Below, one piece after another: positions 28,676 to 38,355 of a DNA stretch of 44,528 nucleotides. A model generated the notes under the pieces. That model ran no database searches. It worked only from the letters and a program-made list of their open reading frames with translations, and had not been told where the DNA came from. Source of the DNA: a virus; IMG/VR virus record IMGVR_UViG_3300015171_000002, positions 1 to 44,528 of that record; one strand, written 5' to 3'. Position 1 is the stretch's first letter; each line of letters begins with the position of its first letter. The translations under genes were made by a program, and so were the position numbers.

Positions 28676-30100
28676 ATGACTAGTGAAACACTTCGACTAA
28701 AACAATTAATTGGAAAATTGATAGATACCAAACAAGATCGTCAAGAATTTATTGGTGGTTTGTTAGGAACATATGTTAATGGTGTGGCAACGGTTAGAGT
28801 ACCGAGTCAGCCGGGATATGTTTATGTTCGAATAAATGGTAGTTATAGTGAAGTTGTTCCAGCCGTAAACGGAGTTGTAGCAGAAGTTTTCGACTTAAAA
28901 GTACTTATTTATATTCCACCAGAAAATCCAGGAATTTATGCTATTAAGGGTAGAGACTTAAATCAGTATAGTTCTTTTGGTGGTAGTAGTGGTGGTGGTG
29001 GAAGTGCTTATTTACCACATCACGGCGATACACATAGTTTCGGAAATGGTGTAGACCCTGTATTTATTTACAAACGTCAGATGATGCAACCTTTAGGTAT
29101 TCATCCGACAGTACCTATTTCTAATCATTTATATGTTGAGCCAGATTTTTATATTTGGCAAAACCAAATAAAATATTTCTATGGAGCTAATACAGCCAAT
29201 TTAACCGCCGCCAAACCCACGAATGGTACAAGCGGAAGATATCTAACAATTTATCTAAATGGAGCAACAAATACTTTAGCTTATCTTACCGGTACTGATT
29301 TTACTATTTGGCCGTTTCCAGCTACCGGAACATTAAATACAATTATTGCGCCGTTAGTAAGTATAGGAATTCCTTTAGGCGCGGTAATTCTAACGAGTGG
29401 AAGTTCTACTTTCGATTGGCCGGTATTAAAGGATATTAGAAGTTTTTTAGATGGTGGTGGAAGTTCAACTCTAATCCATCCATTAGACCCCAGTGGTGGA
29501 TATCATACCGGAACTTTACCAGGACGATATATAATTGTAAATGATCCCGGAAATTATTATACCGGAACAGTAAATGTCGATCAAGCCCTTCAAGAAGTTG
29601 GAGTAAGAATTGGTGCCTTTACTGGAACATACCAAGTATTAGGAACGGGTATAGCCGGTAGACTAGCTGAGTGGACGAATATAAATACTATTCGAGAAAC
29701 CACAATAATAAAATCGGGTATTGGAATAATTACATTCAATGCAACATCTAATTTAACTCTTACATTAGATGGAACAATGGAAATAGACCCTACAGCCACA
29801 AATGGTCAAGCACTTATTTATAATAGTTCACTAAATAAATGGGCCGGTGGAGATGTAAGTGCTGGTGGTGGTACAAGTTCTGGACATGATCACGGCGTTA
29901 CTAGAATAAATGCCATTTCAGGTTCATTATCTTTACCATTACTCGATTTCGCACAATCAATAGAATATGTTTCATTTAACGGTTTCTTAATAGATGCTGT
30001 TACATATTCAATTAGTAGTGGTTCAGATTACATAGTTCTAGATTCTCCACTAAATACTAATGGTGTTTTTATGGTTGGATATCAGGTATTAAATATATAG
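28676..30100 (+). CDS. Tail-associated / fibre-like structural protein
   Basis: G/T/S-rich; HHGDTH..G..D, VDQALQE and NGQALIYNSSLNKW fibre-type motifs. Confidence 0.6.
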   Translation: MTSETLRLKQLIGKLIDTKQDRQEFIGGLLGTYVNGVATVRVPSQPGYVYVRINGSYSEVVPAVNGVVAEVFDLKVLIYIPPENPGIYAIKGRDLNQYSSFGGSSGGGGSAYLPHHGDTHSFGNGVDPVFIYKRQMMQPLGIHPTVPISNHLYVEPDFYIWQNQIKYFYGANTANLTAAKPTNGTSGRYLTIYLNGATNTLAYLTGTDFTIWPFPATGTLNTIIAPLVSIGIPLGAVILTSGSSTFDWPVLKDIRSFLDGGGSSTLIHPLDPSGGYHTGTLPGRYIIVNDPGNYYTGTVNVDQALQEVGVRIGAFTGTYQVLGTGIAGRLAEWTNINTIRETTIIKSGIGIITFNATSNLTLTLDGTMEIDPTATNGQALIYNSSLNKWAGGDVSAGGGTSSGHDHGVTRINAISGSLSLPLLDFAQSIEYVSFNGFLIDAVTYSISSGSDYIVLDSPLNTNGVFMVGYQVLNI

Positions 30101-30107
30101 GAATAAA

Positions 30108-30935
30108 ATGGGAAGTTCATTAAATAAAACAGAAGCAATAACGTTAGCTAATAAAGCTGGTGTAAATGTAAATGAAGGTGATGTAGTAGTCTTAGACTTA
30201 CTAAATGCATCTAGTTTTACTATTACTGGTAGTAGTCAATTAGCTACTCGAACAATAGGAGTAGTTTTAGATACTGGTGGAATTGTTACCGGCAGTAGTG
30301 GACTAATAGCTATAAATGGTTATGTTCCACAAATAAATTTATTAAGCGGAAGTTCAATCGGGCAAACAGTTGGTTTATCTAGCGTAGCCGGAAAAGCTAT
30401 GCCACATTCAAATATTTTAGTAGGAGATTTTGGACAAGTCTTATCAGCAGGAACAACACCGGACTGTATTTTATGGGGAAAAAGTGAATCATCATTTCCT
30501 CCTGTAGTAATAAAATATCAAGAAACAGCACAACCAACAATACCTAATCTTACCGGAACAATTGTAAATTTTGATACAAAGGTTACAGATACATATAATG
30601 CAGTAACAGTTGGGAGTAATTGGAAATTCGTGGTTCCTGTTACTGGATATTATTTCGTGGAAGCATCCTGTTTATTCAATAATACTATAAATTGGGCTTT
30701 AACAAAAACTGGATTATTAGATGTTTACAAAAATGATGTTCTAAATGCACATTTACAAAGAATAGATAATTTAGAAGCGGGTTCAAATTTATTCATGAAT
30801 TTAATTGGTTCAACGATCATTCAAGCAAATGCCGGAGATACAATTCAGATATATATTACTCAGCAAACAGGTGGTAATTTACAAATGAATGGTGACTCAA
30901 ATCATAATTATATAACAATATGTAAGGTAGCATAA
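30108..30935 (+). CDS. Fibre/adhesin paralogue 1 (shared N-domain plus C1q-like C-domain)
   Basis: N-terminal ~125 aa shared with the next two ORFs; VNFD...FVVPVTGYYFV...GDTIQI is C1q/TNF-like. Confidence 0.7.
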   Translation: MGSSLNKTEAITLANKAGVNVNEGDVVVLDLLNASSFTITGSSQLATRTIGVVLDTGGIVTGSSGLIAINGYVPQINLLSGSSIGQTVGLSSVAGKAMPHSNILVGDFGQVLSAGTTPDCILWGKSESSFPPVVIKYQETAQPTIPNLTGTIVNFDTKVTDTYNAVTVGSNWKFVVPVTGYYFVEASCLFNNTINWALTKTGLLDVYKNDVLNAHLQRIDNLEAGSNLFMNLIGSTIIQANAGDTIQIYITQQTGGNLQMNGDSNHNYITICKVA

Positions 30936-30936
30936 A

Positions 30937-31740
30937 ATGGGAAATAGTATTAATCATACCGTAGCATTAAATCTAAAAAATAAAGGTAATACCAATGTTT
31001 CAAGGGGAGACGTTGTTATTATAGATAAAGCTAACGCAGATGCCTTTACCGTTACGGGTAGTCAGGGATATTCTAATTCAACTATTGGAGTAGTTTTAGA
31101 CCAAGTTGGTATTACTACTGGCTCATCGGGAATGGTAACTATTGAAGGATATTGCCCACAAGTTAATTTAATTTCTGGTTCAAATATCGGAGATACTATT
31201 TTCCTAAGTTCAGTTCAACAAAAGGCTCAATCACATTCAACTATTCTACCCGGAGATTTTGGTCAGGTTCTTTCGACTGGAACAACCCCCGATGTTATAT
31301 TATGGGGAAATTTCCAAAACGGCCAAGATTTCCTACAGAGTGTATATACTGGTTCAACAATATTAATGGGTTTAACAGGAACAGTTAATTATGTTGATGT
31401 AGATGCCACAAATGCGGCTATTACGTTTATACCGGCTAGTTCTGGTAAATATAAAGTTACATTTCAATTCAGTCATGGTCTAACAGATAATAACGGAACT
31501 TCTATTTATTTCAGATTAACAGATGGAGTTACTAATTCATGGGGAGTTTTTAGTAATTCTCATACAAATAGCTTTAGAGCCACTTCTATTACCATAAGTT
31601 ATGTCTTTAATTGGGTAGGTGGTGTATCCCAAAAAGTTAGATTACAAAAGTTAGTAGGTAGTGCAATAACTACTGCCAATGAAATAGATTCTGATGTACC
31701 TAATAATATTGGATTATATATGTTAGTTGAAAGATTATAA
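30937..31740 (+). CDS. Fibre/adhesin paralogue 2
   Basis: Same N-domain (IGVVLD, PQVNLISGS, GDFGQVLS.GTTPD..LWG); different beta-sandwich C-domain. Confidence 0.7.
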   Translation: MGNSINHTVALNLKNKGNTNVSRGDVVIIDKANADAFTVTGSQGYSNSTIGVVLDQVGITTGSSGMVTIEGYCPQVNLISGSNIGDTIFLSSVQQKAQSHSTILPGDFGQVLSTGTTPDVILWGNFQNGQDFLQSVYTGSTILMGLTGTVNYVDVDATNAAITFIPASSGKYKVTFQFSHGLTDNNGTSIYFRLTDGVTNSWGVFSNSHTNSFRATSITISYVFNWVGGVSQKVRLQKLVGSAITTANEIDSDVPNNIGLYMLVERL

Positions 31741-32600
31741 TGGGAACTTCACTTAATAAAACTCAATCTTTATATTTAAAAAATAATTCTGGACAAACTG
31801 TTACTAAGGGGGATACGGTTATTATTGATAGAAGTTTAGCCAGTTCGTTTACTTTAACTGGTTCAAGTGGATATACTCTTACACAAATTGGAGTAGTTTT
31901 AGATCAAACAAATGTGGCTAATGGAACATCTTGTCTGGTAGCCGTAGGTGGTTATGTGCCAGTTATTAATTTAATCTCTGGTTCAAATGTGGGAGATACA
32001 TTTGGCCTATCATCTGTAGTCAAAAAGGCCATTCCACATGCTAATATATTAGCGGGAGATTTTGGTCAGGTTTTATCTGCTGGAACAACTCCCGATGCTA
32101 ATTTATGGGGAGATATTGAAAGACGTGGAGAATTTGTTGGATGCGCCTATGGTTTAAATACCGGTTCTGTACCAACAAATACGGTTTATTATCCTCTAAA
32201 TTGGGTAAAAGATTTTGATACTCATAATGCTTTTCAAACTGGAAGTTCTTCTACTGTTATTGCAAATGCTAATAGATTTACTGCTCCAATATCAGGATAT
32301 TATGATATAAATTTTAATGTTCGATTTTTTAATTCATCTTGGACATTAGCATCTACCTGTCAAATATTCTGTTATATAAATGGCATAGCTGGTTCGGACT
32401 ATCATCAATTTGGCGAATTTGTAGCACAATCCGCTAACTCATTTGAAATTCAATGCGGTGGTAGCAAAACAGTCTTTTTAAATAAAGGTGATTTTATCAA
32501 TTTCGTTATTTTTCAAGTTTCAGGTTCGACTAAAGTTATACAGGGTAATGGTCATAATAATGGTGGTGATAGTTATTTCAGTATTATAAAGGTAGGTTAA
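31740..32600 (+). CDS. Fibre/adhesin paralogue 3 (shared N-domain plus C1q-like C-domain)
   Basis: Same N-domain; RFTAPISGYYDI...LNKGDFI C1q-like pattern. Confidence 0.7.
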   Translation: MGTSLNKTQSLYLKNNSGQTVTKGDTVIIDRSLASSFTLTGSSGYTLTQIGVVLDQTNVANGTSCLVAVGGYVPVINLISGSNVGDTFGLSSVVKKAIPHANILAGDFGQVLSAGTTPDANLWGDIERRGEFVGCAYGLNTGSVPTNTVYYPLNWVKDFDTHNAFQTGSSSTVIANANRFTAPISGYYDINFNVRFFNSSWTLASTCQIFCYINGIAGSDYHQFGEFVAQSANSFEIQCGGSKTVFLNKGDFINFVIFQVSGSTKVIQGNGHNNGGDSYFSIIKVG

Positions 32601-32602
32601 TA

Positions 32603-34531
32603 ATGACAAGCAGATTGGGTATACATTCAATTCGACCAAATAAAGTACTTTCTTTTATTGCACAAGCAAAACTGAGAGGAGTTACATTTCCAGTTGTCAA
32701 AGCAGTAGATGATACCGGTACTTGTATCAAGGTAAAAGAAATAAGTCCAAATACTATCACTATTACAAGATTTGTAACTGATAATATTAGCCTACAAGGA
32801 TTAGAAAAATGGACAGTTCAAGATAGAATAAATATGGCTATCAGATTAATGGATTATTTATTTCTGAGATGTAAAGATTCAGCAGGAATAGACCATCCCG
32901 AAATTAGAGCAAATACTAATTTCTTTGAAATTATAAATGAAGCCGATCCTCGTGGTTTTTATGATTTTTATGGATTATTCTTAATTGAATTAGTAAAAGA
33001 AGCTAATAAACGAAATATAAAATTAGCACTTCCAGCTTTTAATGCTGGTACTCCTGAATGGGACGATATTGTAAAGATTGTAAATACTGGTTTATTTAAG
33101 CTGGTAAAAGATACTGGACATATCTTATCTATTCACGAAGGTGTTTTTGGAACTGACCAACCCATAGATTTATGGTATGGCGATTTAATTCCGGGTTCAC
33201 CTAAAGTAGATGGAGCAGGAGCTTTATGTTTTAGATATAAGTATTTATATTCACTTCTAGTACCTAGAAATGAAGTTGTACCAGTGGTAATATCAGAATT
33301 TTATGCGGGCGGCGGGTATACGTTGGCTCCCGATAAAGTAGTAGAAAGAATGAAATGGTATGATACGTTGGCTCAGAAAGATTCGTATGTTTTGGCGGTA
33401 TTACCGTTTACAATTGATCCTACACCGAATTGGAATAATGCTGATTATACTTATGCTTATGATGCTATTATAAATTATATGATGACACAATTGTCACCTC
33501 CAAACCCTACACCAAACCCTACACCGGTTCCGACTCCTATTCCAGTAACTAAAATGTTAGTTGGCGTTCATGGTAGAGCAAATGGTAGAATGGAACAATT
33601 AGATTTTCAGGCTGTTTCAACCAGTAAGGTAGAAGCAGTTAAATTACTTTCAACCGCCGACCCTCTAGATGTAGATACATTAAAACAAATAAAACCAGAT
33701 ATGTTTATTATGGTTAGATTATTTGTAGATTTTCAAAATGGACGTGTTCTAAATTCACAACAATTTGTGGATAGTATCAAAGATGATATGAAAAATTTCT
33801 ATAATAAAGGTGTTCGATATTTTGAAATTCATAATGAGCCAAATATTTATAGTGAAGGTTATAGTCATTCTTGGAAAAATGGAACAGATTTTACGGTTTG
33901 GTTCAATGAAGTTGTTAGAATTCTAAAAACTCTATATCCAGATACTAAACTAGGATTTCCTGGTATTTCTCCGGGTGCATCTATTCCAGATGTTAGAGCT
34001 GATGAATTACAATTTATAAAAGAATTGGGAAATATAAATGCTGATTGGGTAGGTGTTCATATGTATTGGCAGACACAACAAGAATTAGATACCATTAGTC
34101 AGAATATTTTACCTTATGCTCAAAAATTTAATTTGCCGTTTTATATTACAGAATTTAGTAATCCAAATACAGGTATTGACCGGACTACAAAAGCTAAACA
34201 ATATTTACAGTTCTATTCTAAGATTATCGCAAATGCAGCATTTAGTTTTGTAGTATCGGCTCCATCTGGTTTTGAAAGCGAGGTTTGGCGAACAGAAAAA
34301 AATGAAATGACGGTTATTCCGGTTATTATCGGAGAAAGAATAAGCACAATGGTAGGTAAAAAAGTAACGAATACAAATCCACTAAATCTAAGAAAAGGGC
34401 CTGGAACAAATTTTGAAGTTGTGGGAACAATTGCTGTTGGTAGTGTTTTTACAGCTTTAGAAGAGAGTAATGGTTGGATTAGACTAACTAGCGATTTATG
34501 GAGCAAGAAAGATTATTTGAAATTAGTTTAA
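32603..34531 (+). CDS. Putative lysin: two clan GH-A-like TIM-barrel domains, PT linker, C-terminal SH3b
   Basis: FEIINEAD/ISEF and FEIHNEPN/ITEF acid-base and nucleophile pairs; PNPTPNPTPVPTP linker; LNLRKGPGTNFEVVG...NGWIRL. Confidence 0.7.
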   Translation: MTSRLGIHSIRPNKVLSFIAQAKLRGVTFPVVKAVDDTGTCIKVKEISPNTITITRFVTDNISLQGLEKWTVQDRINMAIRLMDYLFLRCKDSAGIDHPEIRANTNFFEIINEADPRGFYDFYGLFLIELVKEANKRNIKLALPAFNAGTPEWDDIVKIVNTGLFKLVKDTGHILSIHEGVFGTDQPIDLWYGDLIPGSPKVDGAGALCFRYKYLYSLLVPRNEVVPVVISEFYAGGGYTLAPDKVVERMKWYDTLAQKDSYVLAVLPFTIDPTPNWNNADYTYAYDAIINYMMTQLSPPNPTPNPTPVPTPIPVTKMLVGVHGRANGRMEQLDFQAVSTSKVEAVKLLSTADPLDVDTLKQIKPDMFIMVRLFVDFQNGRVLNSQQFVDSIKDDMKNFYNKGVRYFEIHNEPNIYSEGYSHSWKNGTDFTVWFNEVVRILKTLYPDTKLGFPGISPGASIPDVRADELQFIKELGNINADWVGVHMYWQTQQELDTISQNILPYAQKFNLPFYITEFSNPNTGIDRTTKAKQYLQFYSKIIANAAFSFVVSAPSGFESEVWRTEKNEMTVIPVIIGERISTMVGKKVTNTNPLNLRKGPGTNFEVVGTIAVGSVFTALEESNGWIRLTSDLWSKKDYLKLV

Positions 34532-34540
34532 GGAAAAAGC

Positions 34541-35105
34541 ATGACACTTTACGTTTATGATGGTTCAACACAATCTAAAAGATTGATTTTCGGAGCAGGA
34601 ATTGTTTCAATTAGATAATATTGGAAATGCTACTTTGTTGCATGGATTGATTTTAGGTGGTTTAGTAACTAAATATAATAATATATCAACCGTTGGTAAT
34701 GGTGTACCATCAATTTTGACTACTGTTGATTTACTTACACAAGGAGCATCGATTGGTTCTACACTACTTTATGCCATTCCTGCTTCCGGTGGAGGATTAT
34801 ATAGAATACATTATTATTCTAAGGTAACGAGAGCTTCATCGGGAACATCTGGTCTTGGGCCATTACAAATAGTATTTACTGATAATTCAGATAGTACCGT
34901 TTTAACTACCACTTGTTTAGGACAAAACGGAAGTGGAGTAGCTACAACGAATGAAGGTGGTTTACCAACTACTACACAATATGTCGGAATGATAGAAATT
35001 TGGGCAAAATCATCTACTAATATTAATTATACTTTTCTTTATGCATCTTCTGGTATTACATCTATGCAATATGAACTTCATATCAAATTAGAATATGTGG
35101 GATAA
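34541..35105 (+). CDS. Fibre-like beta-rich protein, possibly frameshifted near its 5' end
   Basis: SD AAGGA + ATG 34541 opens a 25-codon frame overlapping the 167-aa frame (34602..35105); GGLYRIHYY beta-sandwich pattern. Confidence 0.55.
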
Positions 35106-35107
35106 TT

Positions 35108-35152
35108 TAGTACAAAAGTACTATAGACAATTGAAAAAATAAGGAGTATAAT
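35108..35152 (+). promoter_or_regulatory. Promoter with GTAC-N4-GTAC box
   Basis: TAGTACAAAAGTACTA(35108-35123), then TAGACA-17 bp-TATAAT(35147-35152). Confidence 0.75.
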
Positions 35153-35158
35153 TATAAA

Positions 35159-35326
35159 ATGGAAAATATTATATTAAATCGAATCGTTGAATTAAAAAAT
35201 GAACGACAGGCTATTATTACGAACGCAGATAAAACCATTTTTGCTATAGATGTTACTATTTGCGAATTACAACATTTATTAGATTTAACGAAATCTGAAA
35301 CTATACCCACTGAAACAAGTACTTAA
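35159..35326 (+). CDS. Small coiled-coil protein (55 aa), not in the ORF track
   Basis: MENIILNRIVELKNERQAIITNADKTIFAIDVTICELQHLLDLTKSETIPTETST; ATG sits at the predicted +1 and AAGGAG lies upstream. Confidence 0.6.
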   Translation: MENIILNRIVELKNERQAIITNADKTIFAIDVTICELQHLLDLTKSETIPTETST

Positions 35327-35361
35327 GTACTATTGTTTCAATAAATTTCCTATGCTAACAT
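35317..35361 (+). promoter_or_regulatory. Promoter with GTAC-N4-GTAC box heading the replication genes
   Basis: AAGTACTTAAGTACTA(35317-35332), TTGTTT-17 bp-TAACAT(35356-35361) with extended TG; SD AGGAGG follows. Confidence 0.65.
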
Positions 35362-35383
35362 AAGCATCAGGAGGTAATAAAAA

Positions 35384-35968
35384 ATGACAGAAATTGAAAC
35401 AAACAATCTGACACCATCACAACTGGTTGTCAGATTGTTGGCTTTGGAAAAAGAAGTAGAATTACAGCGGGAAGAATTAGATGTTCTCCGTGAAAAGAGA
35501 CGCAAGATAGCTAAAAAAGAATTTACTGATACTGATAAACTCACTGAAATGAAAACCATTTTCTTGCGGAGTGAGCCACATAACCGACAAGACCCTTTTA
35601 GTAATTGGGAATTAGTTTTTTGGGCATCTTATTTATTATCTAATACCAGTCGTAGAGAAAAATTAGATAGCATTGGAGAAGTTGCTAAACGAGGACATAA
35701 GATTCAAAAAATAGTTGAATTTTATATTGCTGGTTTGAAAAGAATGTATCCAGATGAATTACCACAAACACTAGATGCAAAAGCTAGATCACAGGTAAAG
35801 AATTTCTTAGAATATGTCCTACTAACACATGAAACACTTCCTACTAAAAATGGGCCTGTTCCTATGGGGTTCTATATTGCTATCAGTGATTGGAGTGTTA
35901 CACAATTTAGTAGTAAAGTAGCATCTTGGAATCAATCTCATCAAATCGAAGATCGTCCACCAAAGTAA
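35384..35968 (+). CDS. Hypothetical protein upstream of the helicase
   Basis: Strong SD; N-terminal coiled coil; no recognised motif. Confidence 0.7.
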   Translation: MTEIETNNLTPSQLVVRLLALEKEVELQREELDVLREKRRKIAKKEFTDTDKLTEMKTIFLRSEPHNRQDPFSNWELVFWASYLLSNTSRREKLDSIGEVAKRGHKIQKIVEFYIAGLKRMYPDELPQTLDAKARSQVKNFLEYVLLTHETLPTKNGPVPMGFYIAISDWSVTQFSSKVASWNQSHQIEDRPPK

Positions 35969-35977
35969 AGGATAATC

Positions 35978-37246
35978 ATGGCAAATCTTTCAATTGAAAG
36001 TGAATTTATTTCAGATATCATTTCTGGAAAGTTAAGTATAGATGCAATTAATAAAACTAATTTCGAGCCTAATTATTTAGAATATAATGGTGAAATATAT
36101 GAATGGTTATTCGATTATGTGAATCTAAATTCTGAATTACCAACTCTAGAATTAGTTCAAACCAGATATCCAGAATTTAGATTTATTGAAACAAAAAATA
36201 ATCCAGACCAATTAATAGACGCTATTAGAAAAAATAGTGAATTAGATCGTTTTAAATCAGCAGTTACTAAATCAAGTACTTTACTTCAGAATTCAGGTAG
36301 TGTAGATGTTGCCAGAAATTATCTAACCACTGAATTAGAAAAATTCAATGGCAATACAGAACAAGACGTATTCGACTTATCTAAAGAAGATGATTCTAAC
36401 ATTGTTTTTGAAATATATAAAGAAAAATTAGCTAAAATAGAATCTGGTGAAAAGATATTCATTCCTAGTGGCTTAGGTAAGGAAATGGATAACTGGTTAA
36501 ATGGTGGCTGGCGGGGGGGTGATCTAATAGGTGTATTGGCCCCATTGGGTACTGGTAAATCATGGTTATCTATGCTTTTTGCCAGTTCAGCTATGAAGAA
36601 TAAATTCAGTCCTTTTATTCTGGCCCTAGAAGGTACATTAGAAAAGGAAAGTTATCGAAGTATTACTACTCTAGCCGGAACACCTAATTCTGATTTACAT
36701 ACAGCTATGTTACCAGAATTAGATTTTGCTAAGGCATTAGTTCAGATTAGAAATATTGCACAAGAAACAGGTACACATTATTATCTAGCTCTACATGGAA
36801 CAAGAGAAGTTTATACTCCATCTGTTTTTAGACAAAAACTAATCAAATATAAACCCGGTCTAGCCATTGTGGATTATTTATCCCTGATGGCTCTTAGTCA
36901 AAAGGTTGGAGCAGATGATTGGGCAGAATTTTCTGCTATCTCTAAATCACTGAAAAGAATTGCAGTAAGTTTAGAAATACCAGTAATTGCTACTCTACAA
37001 GGTAATCGGGCATCATTAACTAAAGATAGTTTGGATGCTAACGATAGTTCCTATTTTGGTATCTTACGAGATTTTGATATCGTTTTAGGGTTGGCTAAAG
37101 TAAAAGGTAAGAAATTTATCCTTAGAATAAACAGTGTCAAAGGACGTGATCAAGAAGATGTATTCGATGGATACTACAGAACGGATTGGAATACGGGAAA
37201 AACCGAGTTTGCCGGTGCGGTAGATGAGAACGAAGGAACTTTCTAA
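35978..37246 (+). CDS. dnaB: DnaB-like (SF4) replicative helicase
   Basis: Walker A APLGTGKS, ALE, Walker B IVDYL, ISKSLKRIA...IPVIATLQ.NR, KGRD. Confidence 0.92.
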   Translation: MANLSIESEFISDIISGKLSIDAINKTNFEPNYLEYNGEIYEWLFDYVNLNSELPTLELVQTRYPEFRFIETKNNPDQLIDAIRKNSELDRFKSAVTKSSTLLQNSGSVDVARNYLTTELEKFNGNTEQDVFDLSKEDDSNIVFEIYKEKLAKIESGEKIFIPSGLGKEMDNWLNGGWRGGDLIGVLAPLGTGKSWLSMLFASSAMKNKFSPFILALEGTLEKESYRSITTLAGTPNSDLHTAMLPELDFAKALVQIRNIAQETGTHYYLALHGTREVYTPSVFRQKLIKYKPGLAIVDYLSLMALSQKVGADDWAEFSAISKSLKRIAVSLEIPVIATLQGNRASLTKDSLDANDSSYFGILRDFDIVLGLAKVKGKKFILRINSVKGRDQEDVFDGYYRTDWNTGKTEFAGAVDENEGTF

Positions 37247-38128
37247 ATGGATGAACAGATATTGGAATTGGTCAAATTACTAAAAATCGACAAATATCAA
37301 ATCCGGGGAAATGAAATCAAAACGCTTTGTCTCAATCCAGAACACGATGATCATAATTTAGGAAATTTCTCCATCAACCTAAATAATGGAATGTTTTTCT
37401 GTTTCGCATGTGGTTACAAAGGCAGTATCGTTTATTTACTTTCAGAAAATGGCACAAAATATACCAAAGCTATTAGAATATGGAATCAGTTACGGAAAGT
37501 AAAAGAATTATACATTCCAGCACTACCAGTAGATAAATATATTATCGCAGCCTATAAAAGAAATGGAATATCTCAATATGCCCTAGATAGAGTAGGAGAT
37601 GAAAACTTACTAAAGGAATATGATGTTTATTCTGATAATTGGGGTAATCCAGTCTTTTTAACTAAGAATTTTAGGGGACAGTATACATCGGTTTGGGTTA
37701 GAGAAAATGGTAAATATTTCTTAGTTGAGCCATTAACCGCTAGACGAGATGGCTGTATTTTTGGAGAACATTTACAAGAAACTGAATATTGTTATCTTTC
37801 AGAAGGGCCATTTGATAGTATGAAATTGCGAAAAGTAACAGGCCAAAAATGTATAGCAGGTTTTGGAACATATTTATCAAAAGCACAAATATCAAAAATA
37901 AATAAAATAGATAATCTAGTTTTATTTTTCGATGGTGATAATGCCGGTCGCAATGCTAGAAATAGATTATTCAAAATATTAGAAAATAAACATGATATTT
38001 TTTTAACTGGTAAATTTATAGGTGATCCAGATGAATTATCAGATGAAGAAATAAAAAATGTTTTGAAAAGAAAATTATCAAACATAGAATATAAATTTTA
38101 TGGAGCTAACAGATGCAAAAATTCATAG
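37247..38128 (+). CDS. DNA primase (CHC2 zinc finger + TOPRIM)
   Basis: CLNPEH...CFACGYKG; EGPFD; FFDGDNAG; DPDE. Confidence 0.92.
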   Translation: MDEQILELVKLLKIDKYQIRGNEIKTLCLNPEHDDHNLGNFSINLNNGMFFCFACGYKGSIVYLLSENGTKYTKAIRIWNQLRKVKELYIPALPVDKYIIAAYKRNGISQYALDRVGDENLLKEYDVYSDNWGNPVFLTKNFRGQYTSVWVRENGKYFLVEPLTARRDGCIFGEHLQETEYCYLSEGPFDSMKLRKVTGQKCIAGFGTYLSKAQISKINKIDNLVLFFDGDNAGRNARNRLFKILENKHDIFLTGKFIGDPDELSDEEIKNVLKRKLSNIEYKFYGANRCKNS

Positions 38129-38145
38129 ATTTAACCGGTTTATGA
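38113..38145 (+). pseudogene. N-terminal relic of a homing endonuclease-type gene (MQKFIDLTGL*)
   Basis: SD GGAG at 38102-38105; KFIDLTG matches the usual start (IDLTGxxFGRL) of HNH/AP2-type phage endonucleases, cut off by a stop. Confidence 0.45.
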
Positions 38146-38355
38146 CTATCGGGGTTTGTAGCAAATAAAATAATGGCTTAATCGATAATAAAATATGCGA
38201 AATACAGCACACTTTTTGAGGTCGATTTTTCAAAAACGGCCCTAGAATAAAATAGGGGTACAAACATACGTTTTCAACATTTTGGATTATTCTAGACCGT
38301 CCTAGAGCCTTTTTCGGGATAGCGGAATAATAAAATTAATAAAAAAGGAATATAA

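Noticed and set aside
30108-32600. Diversity-generating retroelement acting on the fibre paralogues
   Set aside because: No reverse transcriptase in the window and no near-identical template/variable repeat pair with adenine-specific differences seen.
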